A DNA stretch of 54,177 nt from an uncultured Clostridia bacterium (GTDB lineage: Bacteria > Bacillota > Clostridia > Christensenellales > UBA1242): NCBI GenBank assembly GCA_944376825.1, contig CALWDY010000031.1:1-54177 (forward strand). The letters run 5' to 3'. Shown here one piece after another: positions 27,560-42,500 of the stretch. Under the pieces are notes generated by a model. The model saw only the letters and a list, made by a program, of their open reading frames with translations, searched no databases and was not told where the DNA came from. Position 1 is the first letter of the stretch. Every line of letters starts with the position of its first letter. A program made the translations under genes and the position numbers.

Positions 27560-30500
27560 ATGAATTATAAAACAAAAAAAATTTTGTCTTTTTCAATTTT
27601 ATTTTCAATTGTTTTTAGTTTGTTTGCCATTTTTGGGGCATTTTTTATTCAAGTAAACAATTGGAAATTGGCTAATCTTGCAACGGCAACAACAAATGAT
27701 TCTGCACAAAATTTAAGTGTAAAAAACTGGGCTGATATAGATACAAAAAACACCATCCAAATTTATAATAATTCAACTGAACAAATATTGGCAATTTCAT
27801 CGCCAGAAGGACTTGCAGCTTTTATGCAAGATGTAAATTCTGGAACAAATAAATATACTAATGTTTATTTAACAAATGACATTGATTTGTCTGGCAAAAT
27901 ATGGACTCCAATAAAATCATTTGGTGGAATTTTTGATGGCAGGGGTTACACAATAAAAGGTTTAACCATTGACGAAACCGTTGAAACAAGTGACCATTGT
28001 AATGGCTTGTTTGGACAAACATCTGGTGCCATAATAAAAAATTTAACCCTTGAAGGTGTAAATATAAATTCTATATATTCAAATGAATATGCAGGTGCTT
28101 TAATTGGCAAAGCAGAAAACACACAAATCATTAACTGTGGGGCAACTGGCACCGTTAGCGGTGGTTCAAGTGTGGGTGGACTTGTTGGATACTTAAATGG
28201 AAGCATAAATAGATGTTTTTCTTATGTAAATACAACATCAACCTCTGTGGAATATTTGTATGGACGAAGATGCACTTTTTCTGGTGGGCTTGTTGGATAC
28301 TATGTTGGAGGCAATGGAAATGATTTTGATTTGGTTTTTCACTACGGAAATGTTTATACAACTGTAAGTCATTTAAATGCAGTTGTTGGACTTGGTGGCA
28401 TTGCCGGTTTTGTTTATGATTCTTCTGCAAATCAAAATAGTGAAAATATAAAAAATTATTATTGTTCAAGTGATATAGGTTATTCTTATGGAACAATTGG
28501 GAACGCAGTTGTAAAATATAGTGCGGGAAGTAGGAATGTGGCTGATAGTAATTACTGGATAGAAGATACAAACGGCATTATGCACGGAATAGTAAAGCAA
28601 TTTGTTATCCGTGGTGTTGGAAATATTGTTTTGCATTATGAAAACAACAAGTTTTTATATGAAGGCGACGAAAGTGTACAAAATCCTGGAACAAATAACA
28701 CAACACACTCTTACAACTCAACAAGCAACAACACATATCTTTATAACATTTTAACTAAAAATGGAAATATTAATGATGTTTTAGAATTTGAAAGTGAAAG
28801 TAATTACACCTTTGAAAAAGTTGTGTTTTCTCGTGCAATTTCGGGAGAAAGTGATAACCTTATTCGTGGGAATGAAAACTTTTTTCAAATGAATGATAAA
28901 GACTACACTTATAGATACAATGAAAAATCGTTAAGTGCCGAAAGTAAAGTAAATTCATCTGTTTTAAAATTTAGTTTAAATGATGCAGGGAGTGATGATT
29001 TTTCATTTAATGTTTCTTCTTCAAATTATGAATTAAGCGTTCTTAAAACATTTCAAGGAGAATACACAATTGTAGCATATGAAAGGGGTAAATATATTCC
29101 TGTAACATTTAGTTTTCTAGAGTATAAGAATGTTACGAAATCTGCTTGGGTATCAGTTACAAAAAACAACTTATATGAAATCAAACTTGTTGACGGAAAA
29201 TATGCCGATTTATCTGCAGAAGATGTGTACTATGTTCCATATGATGAGCCATACATAATAACTTTTACATCAGATTATTTTAAGAGAATAACTCAAATTG
29301 GCAAAGGGGGTTTGGATGCTACAAATATTTTGTTTGATATAGATAATCCAGGCAAACCAAAGCCAACACAAAATTGCAGTTACCTTTCTTCCAAAATAAC
29401 ATCTAATACAACTGAAACCTATTATTTAAACAATTTGCAAGAAGTAACAATAAATTTAAATGCAAATAGTGACTTTGAAGGAATTGCTGGAAACAGTCCA
29501 TATTTTGTTTTTAATAATAATGGAAATTATTCTTTAATAGAAACAAGTGTAACTGTTCTTGTTATGGTTGATAAACCGTTAAGCAATGGTATTGGTTATA
29601 ATGGAACAAATATTTTAAGTGGTTCGTCATTAACATTGAGTAAATTTTATCCACTATGGAGTAAATTTATTGCAACAAAAATTGTTGAGCGAAGCACTGG
29701 AACTGAAATATTAGAAAACTCATTAAATATATACGCGGGAAGTTTAAACGTATCTTACACAGAAATTTGGAATAAACTTAACACAGACAAAAGTATTTGG
29801 CAAGTTGAATGGAATGGTGCAAACCAACAAACTAAAATCTCAACAAACAATTCTTTGTTTTTTAACTCTTTACCACAATCACCAGTAAACACAAACACAA
29901 GTGATGGACAAACTTCTATCGCATTTGAATTAAAACCGGGTTATGTTTTAGAAAATTTAGAATTTTATTTGAATTGTGATGAAGGAGCAAGCAAATTAAC
30001 TAACATTAGTTCATATTATGCTTGTTCACATTCACAAACAGTGGGGAATGAAAGGTTTCAAGTAAAAAATAGTTATACTATTTCTCAAAGTGAAGATAAT
30101 CAATATTTTTACACCATAACATTTAATCACTTGATTGGCATACAAGAAATAAAGTTGGTTGTTGCGGAAAAAAGCCTTGACTTTTCTTTGAATGCAAGTT
30201 TAGATTCAACAATTTCTGGATATGACAAAAACCCAGTAACTGTAACAGTTGATGGTATTGAAGGCGAAGCAATTAGCGATAAGGGAGTTGGTTTAACAAA
30301 TTCGGTTAAATTTAATGCAAAATTTAATAATGAATTTATTATAACGGCAACGGCAAAACTTGGTTATCATATAACTGACTTAACGGTTGATAATATAAAA
30401 GTTTTTGGCGCCGAAAATGAATCGATTAATGATATTATTTCAATTAAAAAATTAAGTGAAGACGAACATATTTACGGAATAACAATTCATTCATTAACTT

Positions 30501-33500
30501 CTGTAAGTATAACAGGATTTCAAATCACTATACCCGTTGTTCAAAACACAGTTAATGTAACTTTATCTATTGATGGGGTTAGTCTTGGTGTTTTTGAAAA
30601 TTTTTTATCAAATTTAATTGTAAATAGTTACAAAAATGAAAAAGATGTCACAGAGGAACTTACACACGGAACTGGTGGGAATAAATATAACATAAGTATA
30701 AAAACGGATGATATTTTTAAGTTTGTAGTTTCATTGTCGTCAATGCAACAAGATTTTGCATCAATTAAAACCGAATTTATAACTTTTACAACACCTTCAG
30801 GGTTTGGCGACTACACTATCAATGGAGATAATGAAACTTGGGGGGAAATAACCATTAGTGGTTTTGCACTAGAAAACGATACAAATATTAATATATCTGT
30901 AAAAATTACTCTTTTATCATCCAACATTAAAATTACTGATAATATATACAACAAAAATGCTGAGTACGAAGAAAAATTTACATATGGAACAAAAGTTTTT
31001 GTTTCAAGCGAAAATAATAATTTAATTATAATATTAGAAGATAAAAATCAAGGAATTACAAAACAATATATTTTAGAAGATATTTTATTTAATAAAAATA
31101 CAATTGAAAGTTTTGAGCTTATTATTGATGGAGAAAAAACAACTATTTATAACACTGCTGTGCAAAGTTTTGAATATCAAATAAAAATAGAAAGTTTTAA
31201 AAGCCATCAAGACACACCAATTGAAATTATAATTAATCCAAATTATAAAACTTCAAATATTCATGCCAATATAGTTTATAAGTATAGTAATAGCAACATT
31301 TTGCCATTGCAATCAAATTCAAATAAAGTGCAAGTTCTTGTAAATGGCTCGCCAAGTAATTACGCTTATGTTGGAAATACCATTAAACTATCTAATAATA
31401 ATATTGCCGGTTATACCTTTAAAGGCTGGATAATAATTTCTCAGGACAATGGGGTTTTGGGCAGTATTGATTTTTCAAACTACATTCCAACATTTAATAC
31501 AACATTTACTGTTGGCTATGGGGCAGGAGAAATTGAGCCTAAAACAGATTTATTCTTTATTGCAGTATATCAGGCAAACATATATAATGTAAAATTTGAT
31601 GATTCAAATTATTTTGATGATTATAATGAATTTACATTTACACCAAGTTTTGTGCCAAGTTCTGTTAAGCTTGAATATGGAACAAATCAATTTATAATAG
31701 ATGGTGTAAACAAAATGCCACCTACGCTAGAAGTGTCTCCTGCACTTTATAATTTTAGTGGCTGGCAATATACTAATGACACAAATTATGTTGTGGAATA
31801 TTCTTCTTCAAGTTTTATAATAAATGCATTCACCTCTACAAGTGTTCCAAATGAGGATGGAGCAGAGATTACTTTTATACCATATTTAACACCAGCAAAA
31901 GTAACATACGCGCTTTACAATGATATTACTGATATCGAAGTAACAGGTAATGTAACATACAAAAGTAATGATTATTCTCTAACTAATATTCCAACTCGAA
32001 CAGGATTTAATTTTGAAGGTTGGCAATATGATGGCGTTGTTTATTTGCCATTTAATAGTGAAACGGGTAGATTTGAAGAATTTTTGCCATACACATTAGG
32101 TCAAGCATCCATACAATTTACACCAAAGTGGAGTGCAAAAGAAATTAGTTTAACATTTGATGCAGGGGAAGGTGAATTTTCAAACGGACGAAAAACAATT
32201 TTGGGAACTGTTGTATATGGAACTAATATTTATACAAGTGATGTTTTTGACAATCTTCCAACATGGATTGTTGGAGAGAATGAAATAGTTTATGAGTTTG
32301 AATATTTTATACTCAAAGGCGATACAAGCAAAAAAGTATATACGGCAAGTGATATAAACAATTTTGTTTACCAAGACACACTCCAAACAACATTTGTTGC
32401 TTGTTATAGCATAAAAAGCATTATTCCACAAATTGCAACACAGGACGGTCAAACTGATTGGGTTTACGATGGAAACAATCACGAGATTGAAGTGAAACAG
32501 CTTTCGGGTCTTGTTTTAAATTATGTTTATCAATGGCAAAAACAAAACCAAAGCGGAGAATGGGAAGATGTTGAGGGTGCAAACGACATCACTCTAAACG
32601 TAAAAAATTATGTTGATAGTGGGGTTTATCGTTGCGTTGTAACTGCAACAGCAAAACAATATAACAACACAACAATTTGTTGTATTGGTGTGGCAACAGG
32701 GACTTCAAATGAAATAAACATTTCAATTGAGAAAAGAAAACTAGAATTTGTTGATGACAATTATCAAATGCTTTCTAAAATTATAAAAACATTTGATAAT
32801 TCTAACATTGTTCCAGATGGATATTTGCAATTATCAAACATAGTGCAAGGCGAAGACATTGAAGTTGTTGCAACATATACAAGCATACATGTTTCTAATG
32901 ACATAAAAATGCAATTTAATTTAAAAGCATTAAATGACAAAACCATTTTAGAAAACTATTATTACGAAGAAATTTTAGGACAAATTACTCCTTATATAAT
33001 AAATTTTGATGTTGATGGAGAAATTTATCAAATTGGTGAGGGAACTAATGAGGTTGTAATTTCTCAAAATTATTATTCAATAAACAACAAAGACTTGTTG
33101 TTTTTGCAAAACAACAATATGTCTTATAGTGCAATATTAAAAACTTCAAAAAATGAGATTGGCACTTATACACAAGAAAATGAAGAATTTAAGATTAACA
33201 TTTTTGATTTTTCTGTTTCAACAAAAGATGAAGATTTTTCAAGTGATTTTGCATATTTGATAAATGGTCAGTTTATAATAAGTGCTCAAAACACAAATTC
33301 TATTTCATTTAACATTGTGGGGATTTGCGAAGATGGGTTTAATGATAATGCTCAAGATATAATTGCTTTTAATGTTACATATCCTTTAACTTTACAAATT
33401 GAAAACAATGGCACAAGTGATGTTAAAATTATTGGCAACAAAGATGATTTGCAAGGTGAAACACTGCTGGCACAAATTGTGGTTGCAAATAATTATTTTA

Positions 33501-36500
33501 TAAACAAAATCACTATAAACAATGAAGAAGTTGACATAAATGCATATTTTTCTAATAATCAACTTGAATATTTAGTGGACAATTCATTAAATAGTGTAAC
33601 GATAAAAGTTTATGTTACAACTCTTAGAACAATTATCTTTGATTATAATATTATAAACGCAAACGAACTTAGTGGAAACATTGTGTCTGAAACAAAATTT
33701 GCTGTTCAAAAAACAATAGATTACAGCATACAAAATTATGGTGCACATCTTCCAAACAACGACACAATTAAAAGAGCAGGATATAATTTTGTGAATTGGA
33801 CAACAAACAACGGAACAAAAATTGAAACTGACACCATTTGGATGTATGGAGATATTACTCTTTATGCAAACTGGGAGATTGCAGAATTATCTATTTTAAA
33901 ATATATTGATGGTATAGTTTACGAAGATGAAAGTTTTTTAAAAGAATACAATGCAATAACTAATGAACTTAAATTTGAAATACAAAATTCAAATTTGTAT
34001 AGTTTAACATATACATATGCTTGGAAAAAGGGAAATGCAAGTTTAACAAATTCTACAAATGCTATAACATTTAAAAATGTTGTTGATAGTGGAGTGTATA
34101 GTTTAACAATTAAAGCAATTTCTAATACGGACAGCAGAATATATTTGCAAAAAACATACAACTTTGAAATAACCATAACAAAAGTAAATATCTTTAAAAA
34201 TTTGGTAACGCTTAACAAGGAATACGACAAAACCAACCAAACTGCTATAAGTGATATTAATTTTGATTTTGGTGAAACTGTTTCTGTTTTTGGACAATAT
34301 AATGGCGTAAATGTTTCTAGCACAATTAATTTGAATAAAGATTTTTGGACTTTTACAGTTAAAGGCACAGATGCACAAGTATCAAATTACAATTTAAATT
34401 TAGAAAATGTTGATCAAGAAAGTCAAATTGTGCCAAAAGAAGTTTCCATTACAATTGCAAATGGAAGCATTACAAAAATTTACGATGGAGCAGTTGCTCA
34501 ATACTCTAACATTTACACAAATGAAAACATTGAATTTGATTATACAATTCAAACAACAAGTGCAAATGTGGGGATTTATAATCAAGCAAGTGAAAATGTT
34601 GTCATAACCATTAGAAGAGATTTGATTTCAAATTTCAATATTTCTATTTTAGGTTATTTTGAAATTCAAATAAAAACAGTAAATGTGACAGAGTGGAATG
34701 GAAAAACAAATGTAACATTTGATGGTCAATATCACAGTGTTTTCCCTAATCTGGGCGACATGTCTTTGTATTTGCAAATAACAAGTATAACATACACGGG
34801 TTTAAATGAAACAATAACATATGATGTAACAAACGGCGAAACGGCAAACATTGGAGTAATTAACGCTGACACCTACACCGTGACTTGCGAGTTTTTGGAA
34901 AATGATAATGTAACTATATCTCAATTTGAAACTACTCTTATTATAAACAAAAAGGTTATAGATTTAAAATATGTAGATGCTGGGTATATTTACCAAAAAG
35001 ATTATGATGGAACAAAAACCGTAAACGCAGAATTAGAATTTGACATATTAGATAAACTTACAAATTTAACAATTTTAGATGATGAGAATTTATCTTCTTA
35101 TTTGCCAGAATTTGTTTATGAATTTGAAAATACTCTTGCATCACAAAGCGAAAGCGATTTTAAAAATATTATTGTTAAATTAGATGAAAATAATAAAAAT
35201 TCAAACAATTATATTTTAAACAGCGAAAACTACGCTGTTGTAAAGGGTTTAATAAATAAAATAAGTGCTACGGTAAGTGTTAATTCAATAAAAGTATATG
35301 ATGAAACAAACTTTGTTGTAAATTCTTCAAATATTTCAATAAATTTAGTGCAAAACGATAGTTTAAGTGGAGATATAACATTTAATGACATTATAAATGC
35401 AGGAATTTATTATAATTTAAAAGACTATGATAAAACCATTAATTTAAAAATATTTAATAGTCAAGATAATGCAGAATATGATATTCAACAAAATTACATT
35501 TTGGAGTTTATAAATTCTGTTTCAAGTCAAGAACAGTTGCACAATAAATTGCAAATTACAAAGGCACCAATAAATGTTGCAATTGTAAATGCAGAACAAT
35601 ATGTTTACACAGGTGAAGAAGTTACCATACAATACTCAATTGAAAATACAGAAATAATGCCAAGTGGCGAGCTTATGTTTAGTTATCAAACAGTTGGACA
35701 AGATACTGTTTTGGACAATGAAAAAGCAGTTCAAATTGGCTCTTACACTTTTGAATGTTATTTTAACGGAATAGATGGCAACAACTTTGAAATTATATTA
35801 AACACAAATGATTTTGCTTTTGAAATTGTTAAAAGACCACTTTTAATTAAATTTGATCAACCAAACGAAACAAAAATATTTACTTATGAAATTGGACAAA
35901 ACGCTCAATATTCAAGTGTAAATTATCCTCAGGATAATATTTTAGACGCAAGCAATTCTCTTGGAATAGGGGATGATATATATTGGAGTTTCACAACAAC
36001 AAGTGAAAATGCAAAGGCATATTACTTGTTTGACATTTTGCAAGTTACAAAAGAAATTATAATTACAAAAAATGGTGAAGATTACACCAAAAATTACGCT
36101 ATTACTTACAGTGAAAAATCACAAATTTTAATAGAGAAGAAAACACTTGCTTTGGATGCAATTTCTTTTGTTGAAACAGAGACAATTTATGACTCAACCG
36201 TTAAAGAAATTGTTGCAAACATAAAAACAGGGTTTTATGTTGATGGTATTGAACAAATTATAACTATATCTTCAAAAACTCAAAGTTTATATGGAAAATT
36301 TACAAATATGCAAAGGACAACTCCTTGGAACGATGATAGTGCAGTTGCAATAACTTCTTACGAAGATATTAAATATGCGGGTTTGTATTCTTTCAATATA
36401 AGTTTAGATAACTATATAATTCTATCTTCAAACAACTTGTTTGAATATATGATAAACCAAAAAGAATTATCCATTGAAATAGAAAACACAAACAAAACAT

Positions 36501-39500
36501 ATGATGGAACAAACATATTACCAAAAGATAATATTTCAGTTAGTGGTGTAATAGACGGCGACAATGTTACTGTGCAAGCCACATATGACAACAAAAATGT
36601 TGGCACAAACAAAAAAATAACAATAAGCGTTGTTGCAAGTGGATTTGCTGACAAATATTTAATTGGTTCGTATAAACTCCCAAGTTTAAACTATTATGGA
36701 AACATAACAAAAAGAGCACTTGAATTTAGTATAATTGATGAAGCATATACAACATATTATACTGGCAAAACAACACAAATTAACATAATTTATTTTAATG
36801 TTTATAATCTTGTTGAAGTTGAGTATATTAGTGGAACAATGAACCTACATAAAACAAATGTAGGAAGATATGTTTTAAATCAATTAAATGCCGAATTTGT
36901 TTCATTTTCATTACACATTGAAGACTTGTTTGGAGAAGACAGCACCTCAAATTACTCATTTGATATTTCAAGTATTGTAAACAGTGAAGTTCATATATTG
37001 CAAGCACAAATTGTTGTTGGAATTACGGAAAACAACATTGTTTATACTGGTGAAGTTCAATTGCCAAAGTTAACATATTCAATTTACAAAGAGCGCGGGG
37101 AAATTGTTGATAACGAAATTGTAAATGTTATAAAATCAAAATATGCTTTAATGCCACAAGCCCAAACATATATTTCTAACCCAATCAACGCAGGCGTTTA
37201 TAGAATAAAGCTTTATACTGACAACAATGGATCTATTTCAAATTACATACTTGTAAATGAAGATGGAAACACATACGATGAATATGTCGTAGAAAACGCA
37301 TATTTTGTTATAAATAAAAGGCAAATTGCAATAAGCGTAGAACAAACAATAAACTTTAATTATAATGGAAATAATGCAACATATAGTTTGCAAAATAATG
37401 ATATAATCGACCCATCTTCAACATTAAACAACGGACTTGTTAAAGGACATAACATAAAGGGAACATTATCAACAAATAGCAGTGCGCTTGGTTCTTATGT
37501 TGTTAGAAACATTCTTGGCGATGATATTTTAAACAGTGCAAACAAAGTATACTTAACATTATTTAACATTGCACCATATGTTGATGCAAACAATGATGGT
37601 TTGGTGATTTATGGAACAACAAGTGAAGATTTGTCAATGAATTATGAACTTGTTAGTTTGTCGGCACATATAGAGATAATAAATTTATATGAATCGTTTG
37701 ATATAGGCGCCATTTCAAACTTTGAGTATGATAAGCAAGATAAACTTTTAAATGGTTTAATACAAGTTAGATATATTCCAACAGATACAATCTACACATT
37801 TGTGAAAGGTGATGAAAATTCTGTATTTTCTAATCTATTGTATTATATCAATGAAATTGGACAGCCTACCGAAACAGTTATTAATGCAGGTAAATATTCT
37901 TTTGTTATTACAATAGACGGCGACGCAACTGTAATTGAGTTTAATGTAAATAAAAGAACGCTTAATTTAAATATTTCTTCAAACAACAAAATTTATGATG
38001 GAACATCAAATTTTGTTGGAGAAATAAGTGCTGACAACATAATAGAAGGCGATCAAGTTAATTTTGTTAATGCAATGTATGTTGATGATTCACTTTCTCC
38101 AATTAGTGATGTGGGCAGACATCAAATAGTAATGGGCATCGACGGAACTGATTGCTTAAATTATCAATTGAGCAATGATGCATTATATGGTGATATAACA
38201 AAAAGACAAATTACATTAAGTGTAAAAAATGATGCAAACATTATATATAGCGGAAAAAACCCACAAATTGATAGCACTTTATTAAATATAACTGGTGAAT
38301 TGGCAAACGGGGAAAATTTAAGGGGATATGTTTTGTTTAAATACAAAGATGCAAAAACATATAATTTTGACCTTAGTAATATTGATATAAGCAATTTAAT
38401 GGTTATAACAAACACCGATCAACAAACAACAAAGAACTATGAATTTTTGTTTGATGGTGAAATTATAATTAATCCGCTTACAATTGAAATTGTTGTTGAG
38501 GAAATAGATTTTACTTATAACGGAAATGCACAAGGAATTTTTAACAAATTGATTGTTCAAAATGTTCCAAGTGAATTACGAGAAGAAGTAAACAGTGCAA
38601 TAAATATAACCTACAACACAAACGATTTGCCTGTTGATGCTGATGATTATATTGCAACAATTTCTACAAACTCAAACAACTTTGTGTTTATTGTAAAAGA
38701 TCATGCAAACAATGAAATAAACTTTACAATAAAAAAGAAAGATTTAACAATCAATATAAACAAACAAGTAATTTATAATCCAACAAGTGACCACAAACAA
38801 AATTTAGTTGTTGAAGATTTTGTTGGAATAGTTGAAAATCAATCAGTAAATGGAACATTTAAGTTGTACCAAGCAGGACTTGGAGTTGGAACATATAATG
38901 TTGGCGATAATCATGTTGTAATTGAAGATGTTGCAATTTATGTAAACGATGTAGATACTATAAACAAAAACTATAACATTGTGGAGTACACAGGAAGTGT
39001 TGAGATAGTTCCATATGATGTAACAACTGTAAATTTAAAAACAAACAGTTTTGTTTATACGGGCTATGATATATCATCGCAAATCCAATTACAGTTTGTG
39101 GATGCAAATGGTCAATTGCAATCTATAACAATAGATGATAGTTCTCTTGGCAATTTAACCATTGTTGAAGGCGAGGCTAAAAATGTTGGAACATATAATG
39201 TTACATTTGCAATAAATAACTGCAACACATCAATAAACAATTTAACATTTGACATAACGCAAAAAGAAATAAAAACAATAAACTACACCAGAGATAAAAA
39301 ATATTCTGGAAACAGTTTTGTGTACAATCCAAGTGGGCTTACAAATTTAACATCAATTGACACATATTCTGGTGATAATATAATAATAAAAGGTTATTAT
39401 GTTGATGAAAATGGAGTTTATACAAGTGAAGTTGGAACTCATAGAATACAATTTGTTATAGAAAACGCTGAAAGCTTGCCACAATCTAACTACACTATAG

Positions 39501-42500
39501 ATGTGGTAGATACTGGAACAATATTAAAAAGAGAAATAGTTTTAGAAGTTAACAAGCAAATTGTATACACAACAACTAACCTATATCAAATTGACGCAAG
39601 TGATTTATCAGTTTCAAGTTTAGGTGACAAACTTTTGTCAACAAACACATTAGATGGATTTATTACATTTGCAAAAAATGAAGTGGGCAATGTTGATTTT
39701 GAGAGCATAAACATAACTAATTTAAAAGTTTTAGATGAAAATTTAGAAAATGTATCATCAAATTATGCAATAACTTTAATAGGAAATATTGAAGTTATAA
39801 AAGTAAAAATAAACTTGTTGTTTGATGATCTCTTAACTGAGTATATTTATTGTGCAAGTTCAATAGAAATTGAGCCAAAAATAACGCTGATAAATTCAAG
39901 TGAAAAAACTGATTTGATTTTGGATGTTTTGTATACTTCAACATCAGGTTATCATTCAAGCAATTCTCCAAAAGATGTAGGAGTTTACACTGCAATATTT
40001 AGCGTTTCTTCGCAAAACTATGAAATAGAAGGCATAAACACTTTTGACTTTGCAATTGTCGCTTATGAGATAGTGTTAAATAGTGGAGATATTCCAAATG
40101 ACTACTTCTATAAAATTTATGGAGAATTAGATCCAATTTTAGCGTACACAATCACAACAGATTTAAATGAAAAAGTAACAATACATTTTTCAAGGGTTTC
40201 TGGTGAAAATGTGGGCAGATATGACATGGTTGTTGAAAATTGGGACAATGATAACTATAACATTATTGCAGGTCAAGATTCTCTAAAAGAATTATTTGAA
40301 ATTGTAAAAGCAAGCATTTTAAATGTTGTTATTACAGCAACAGATAAAAATATAAACATATTGCAAAAAGAATATGACAACAACTACATCCAAGATATAG
40401 ACATTTCTACACTTGATTATACAGCAAATGGCGAAATTGTTACCGGAACAATTTCATATGCAGGAATAGATGTTGGAGAATATGAAATTTCAAGTTATAA
40501 TTTAATTAGTTTAAATTATAAAGAGTGCAATGTTACAAGTGAAATTAAATTTGTTATAAATAAAAAGGTTATTACGCTAAGCGCTGACAACTTGGATAAA
40601 GTTTATGATGCCACTAATAAATTTATGGGCAACATATCAATTTTAGATGAAAGTGGTCAAAAATTAGACGAAAGTATATATCCACTTTATGCAGTTGCAA
40701 CTTACAGCCAAAAGGATGTAAAAGAAAACATTGAAATACTTATAACCTTCCAGGGCGACGACATAAACAATTACATTGTTTCGAACACTCTTTTTGGAAA
40801 TATTACAAAACGAACGGTAACAGTTATTCCAGACACAAATCAGTCAACAATCTATGGAACAGAAAACTTTGTTATAACTTATACAATAAGTGATAATAAT
40901 TCCGTAAAATTGCAAAATTATGCAAATGAAATTTCAGGTGGTTTGTTTATTGAACCTTTAAATGGTCAATCAAAATTAATTGCGGGACAATATGAAATCA
41001 AATCAAATCTTGTTTCAAATAATTTAAATTTAATTTTGCAAACAAATGTAATTTATACAATAGAAAGAAGAGAGCTAACGATTGTTTGCGATCAAGGCTT
41101 TAATAAAGTGTTTGATGGAAATACCAGTGTTGTTGGAAACCTAAAAATAAATAATTTGATTGATGGGGATAATGTAAGCGTTGTTGCAAATTATGACAAT
41201 CCAAATGTTGGAACAAACAAAACAATAACATTCACATTAAGCGGAAACGATGCAAACAACTATTATGCAAACGATGTTATTGGAGCCATTACAAACAAAG
41301 GTGTTACATTAATTTATCAATATATTGAAGATGATTTTGATATGATAAACGCCGATCGAATTCAATACAACGATTTGATATCTTCAAATTTAATTTATGG
41401 GCAGGCAATCTCGGCATTACCTATGCCACAACACGAAGGATATGATTTTGCAGGTTGGTATTTGGATGGAAATCTAATTGACATAAACACTGTAATAAAT
41501 GAAAGTATTTGGCCAATTGATGAAACAGAAAAAACAGCATATGCAAAATGGACAATTAAAAAGTTTAATTTAAATGTTATAAGCACAACAAAAGTAAATG
41601 GCGAGTTTATAACCGATATTGACAAACAAGGTGGAACCTTAACAAACATAAATGGATTGTATGACTATTATCAAATTGTTTCCCTTCTTGACGTTGCAAA
41701 CGCAAAACCAGGATATGAATTTTTGGGATATAGTTATGATATCAGTTGGGAACCATCACTTGACATGGAAAATATAACAATAGAAGCAAAAGATAATGTT
41801 ATATATGCAAAGTTTGCACCGTTAACTTTAACCATAACGCTAGATTCAAATGGCGGAACATTTAAATCCAACAGCAAGTGGTCGTTTAGTGAAAATGACA
41901 CAAAAGCATCTATTACCGTTGAATTTAACACAACTTTATCATCAAATAATGTTACTCTTGTTGAGGCATTTAAAACTGGATATAATCAAGATATAACAAA
42001 ATGGCAAACCGAAGATGGACAAATAATTGATTTTAATATAAACACATTATTAGATGAAAGTTTTTATCCAAACAAAACTCTTAAAGTTGTTTGGCAGTCA
42101 AATGACTATGAAATAATTTTAAATGCTAATGGTGGATACTTTGAAAACATAGACAATCTTGTTTGGAACACAATTGAAGTGGATGTACAAGATAGACCAA
42201 CAATAATTTCAAAAACTGTAAAATTCAATGAAGTTGTAGGTCAACTTCCTAATCCACAAAAATTGGGTTATACTTTTAAATGTTGGTCGAATGATCAATT
42301 AAATCAAGATTATGTTTGGGACTATGCAGAAACAACATCTTTTGATGCAGTATGGGAAGACAATCAATATCAATTGACCATAAATAGTGAACATGGTGAA
42401 GTGATAGCAGTTGTTTTAGATGAAAATGACAACACAATTACAACACAAACAATTGATGGAAAAAACAATAGTCAACTTATATTAGATGTTAAAACATCTT

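Noticed and set aside
27560..28500. Zinc metalloprotease (Zmp/IgA1-protease-like) activity suggested by the GLUG motifs
   Set aside because: A check of the His residues in the translation found no HExxH motif.
32780..41300. CRISPR array or tandem DNA repeats within the giant gene
   Set aside because: The repeats are at protein level only and are diverged in DNA (e.g. 36490-36620 vs 41100-41240). I saw no identical repeat-spacer pattern anywhere in the window.
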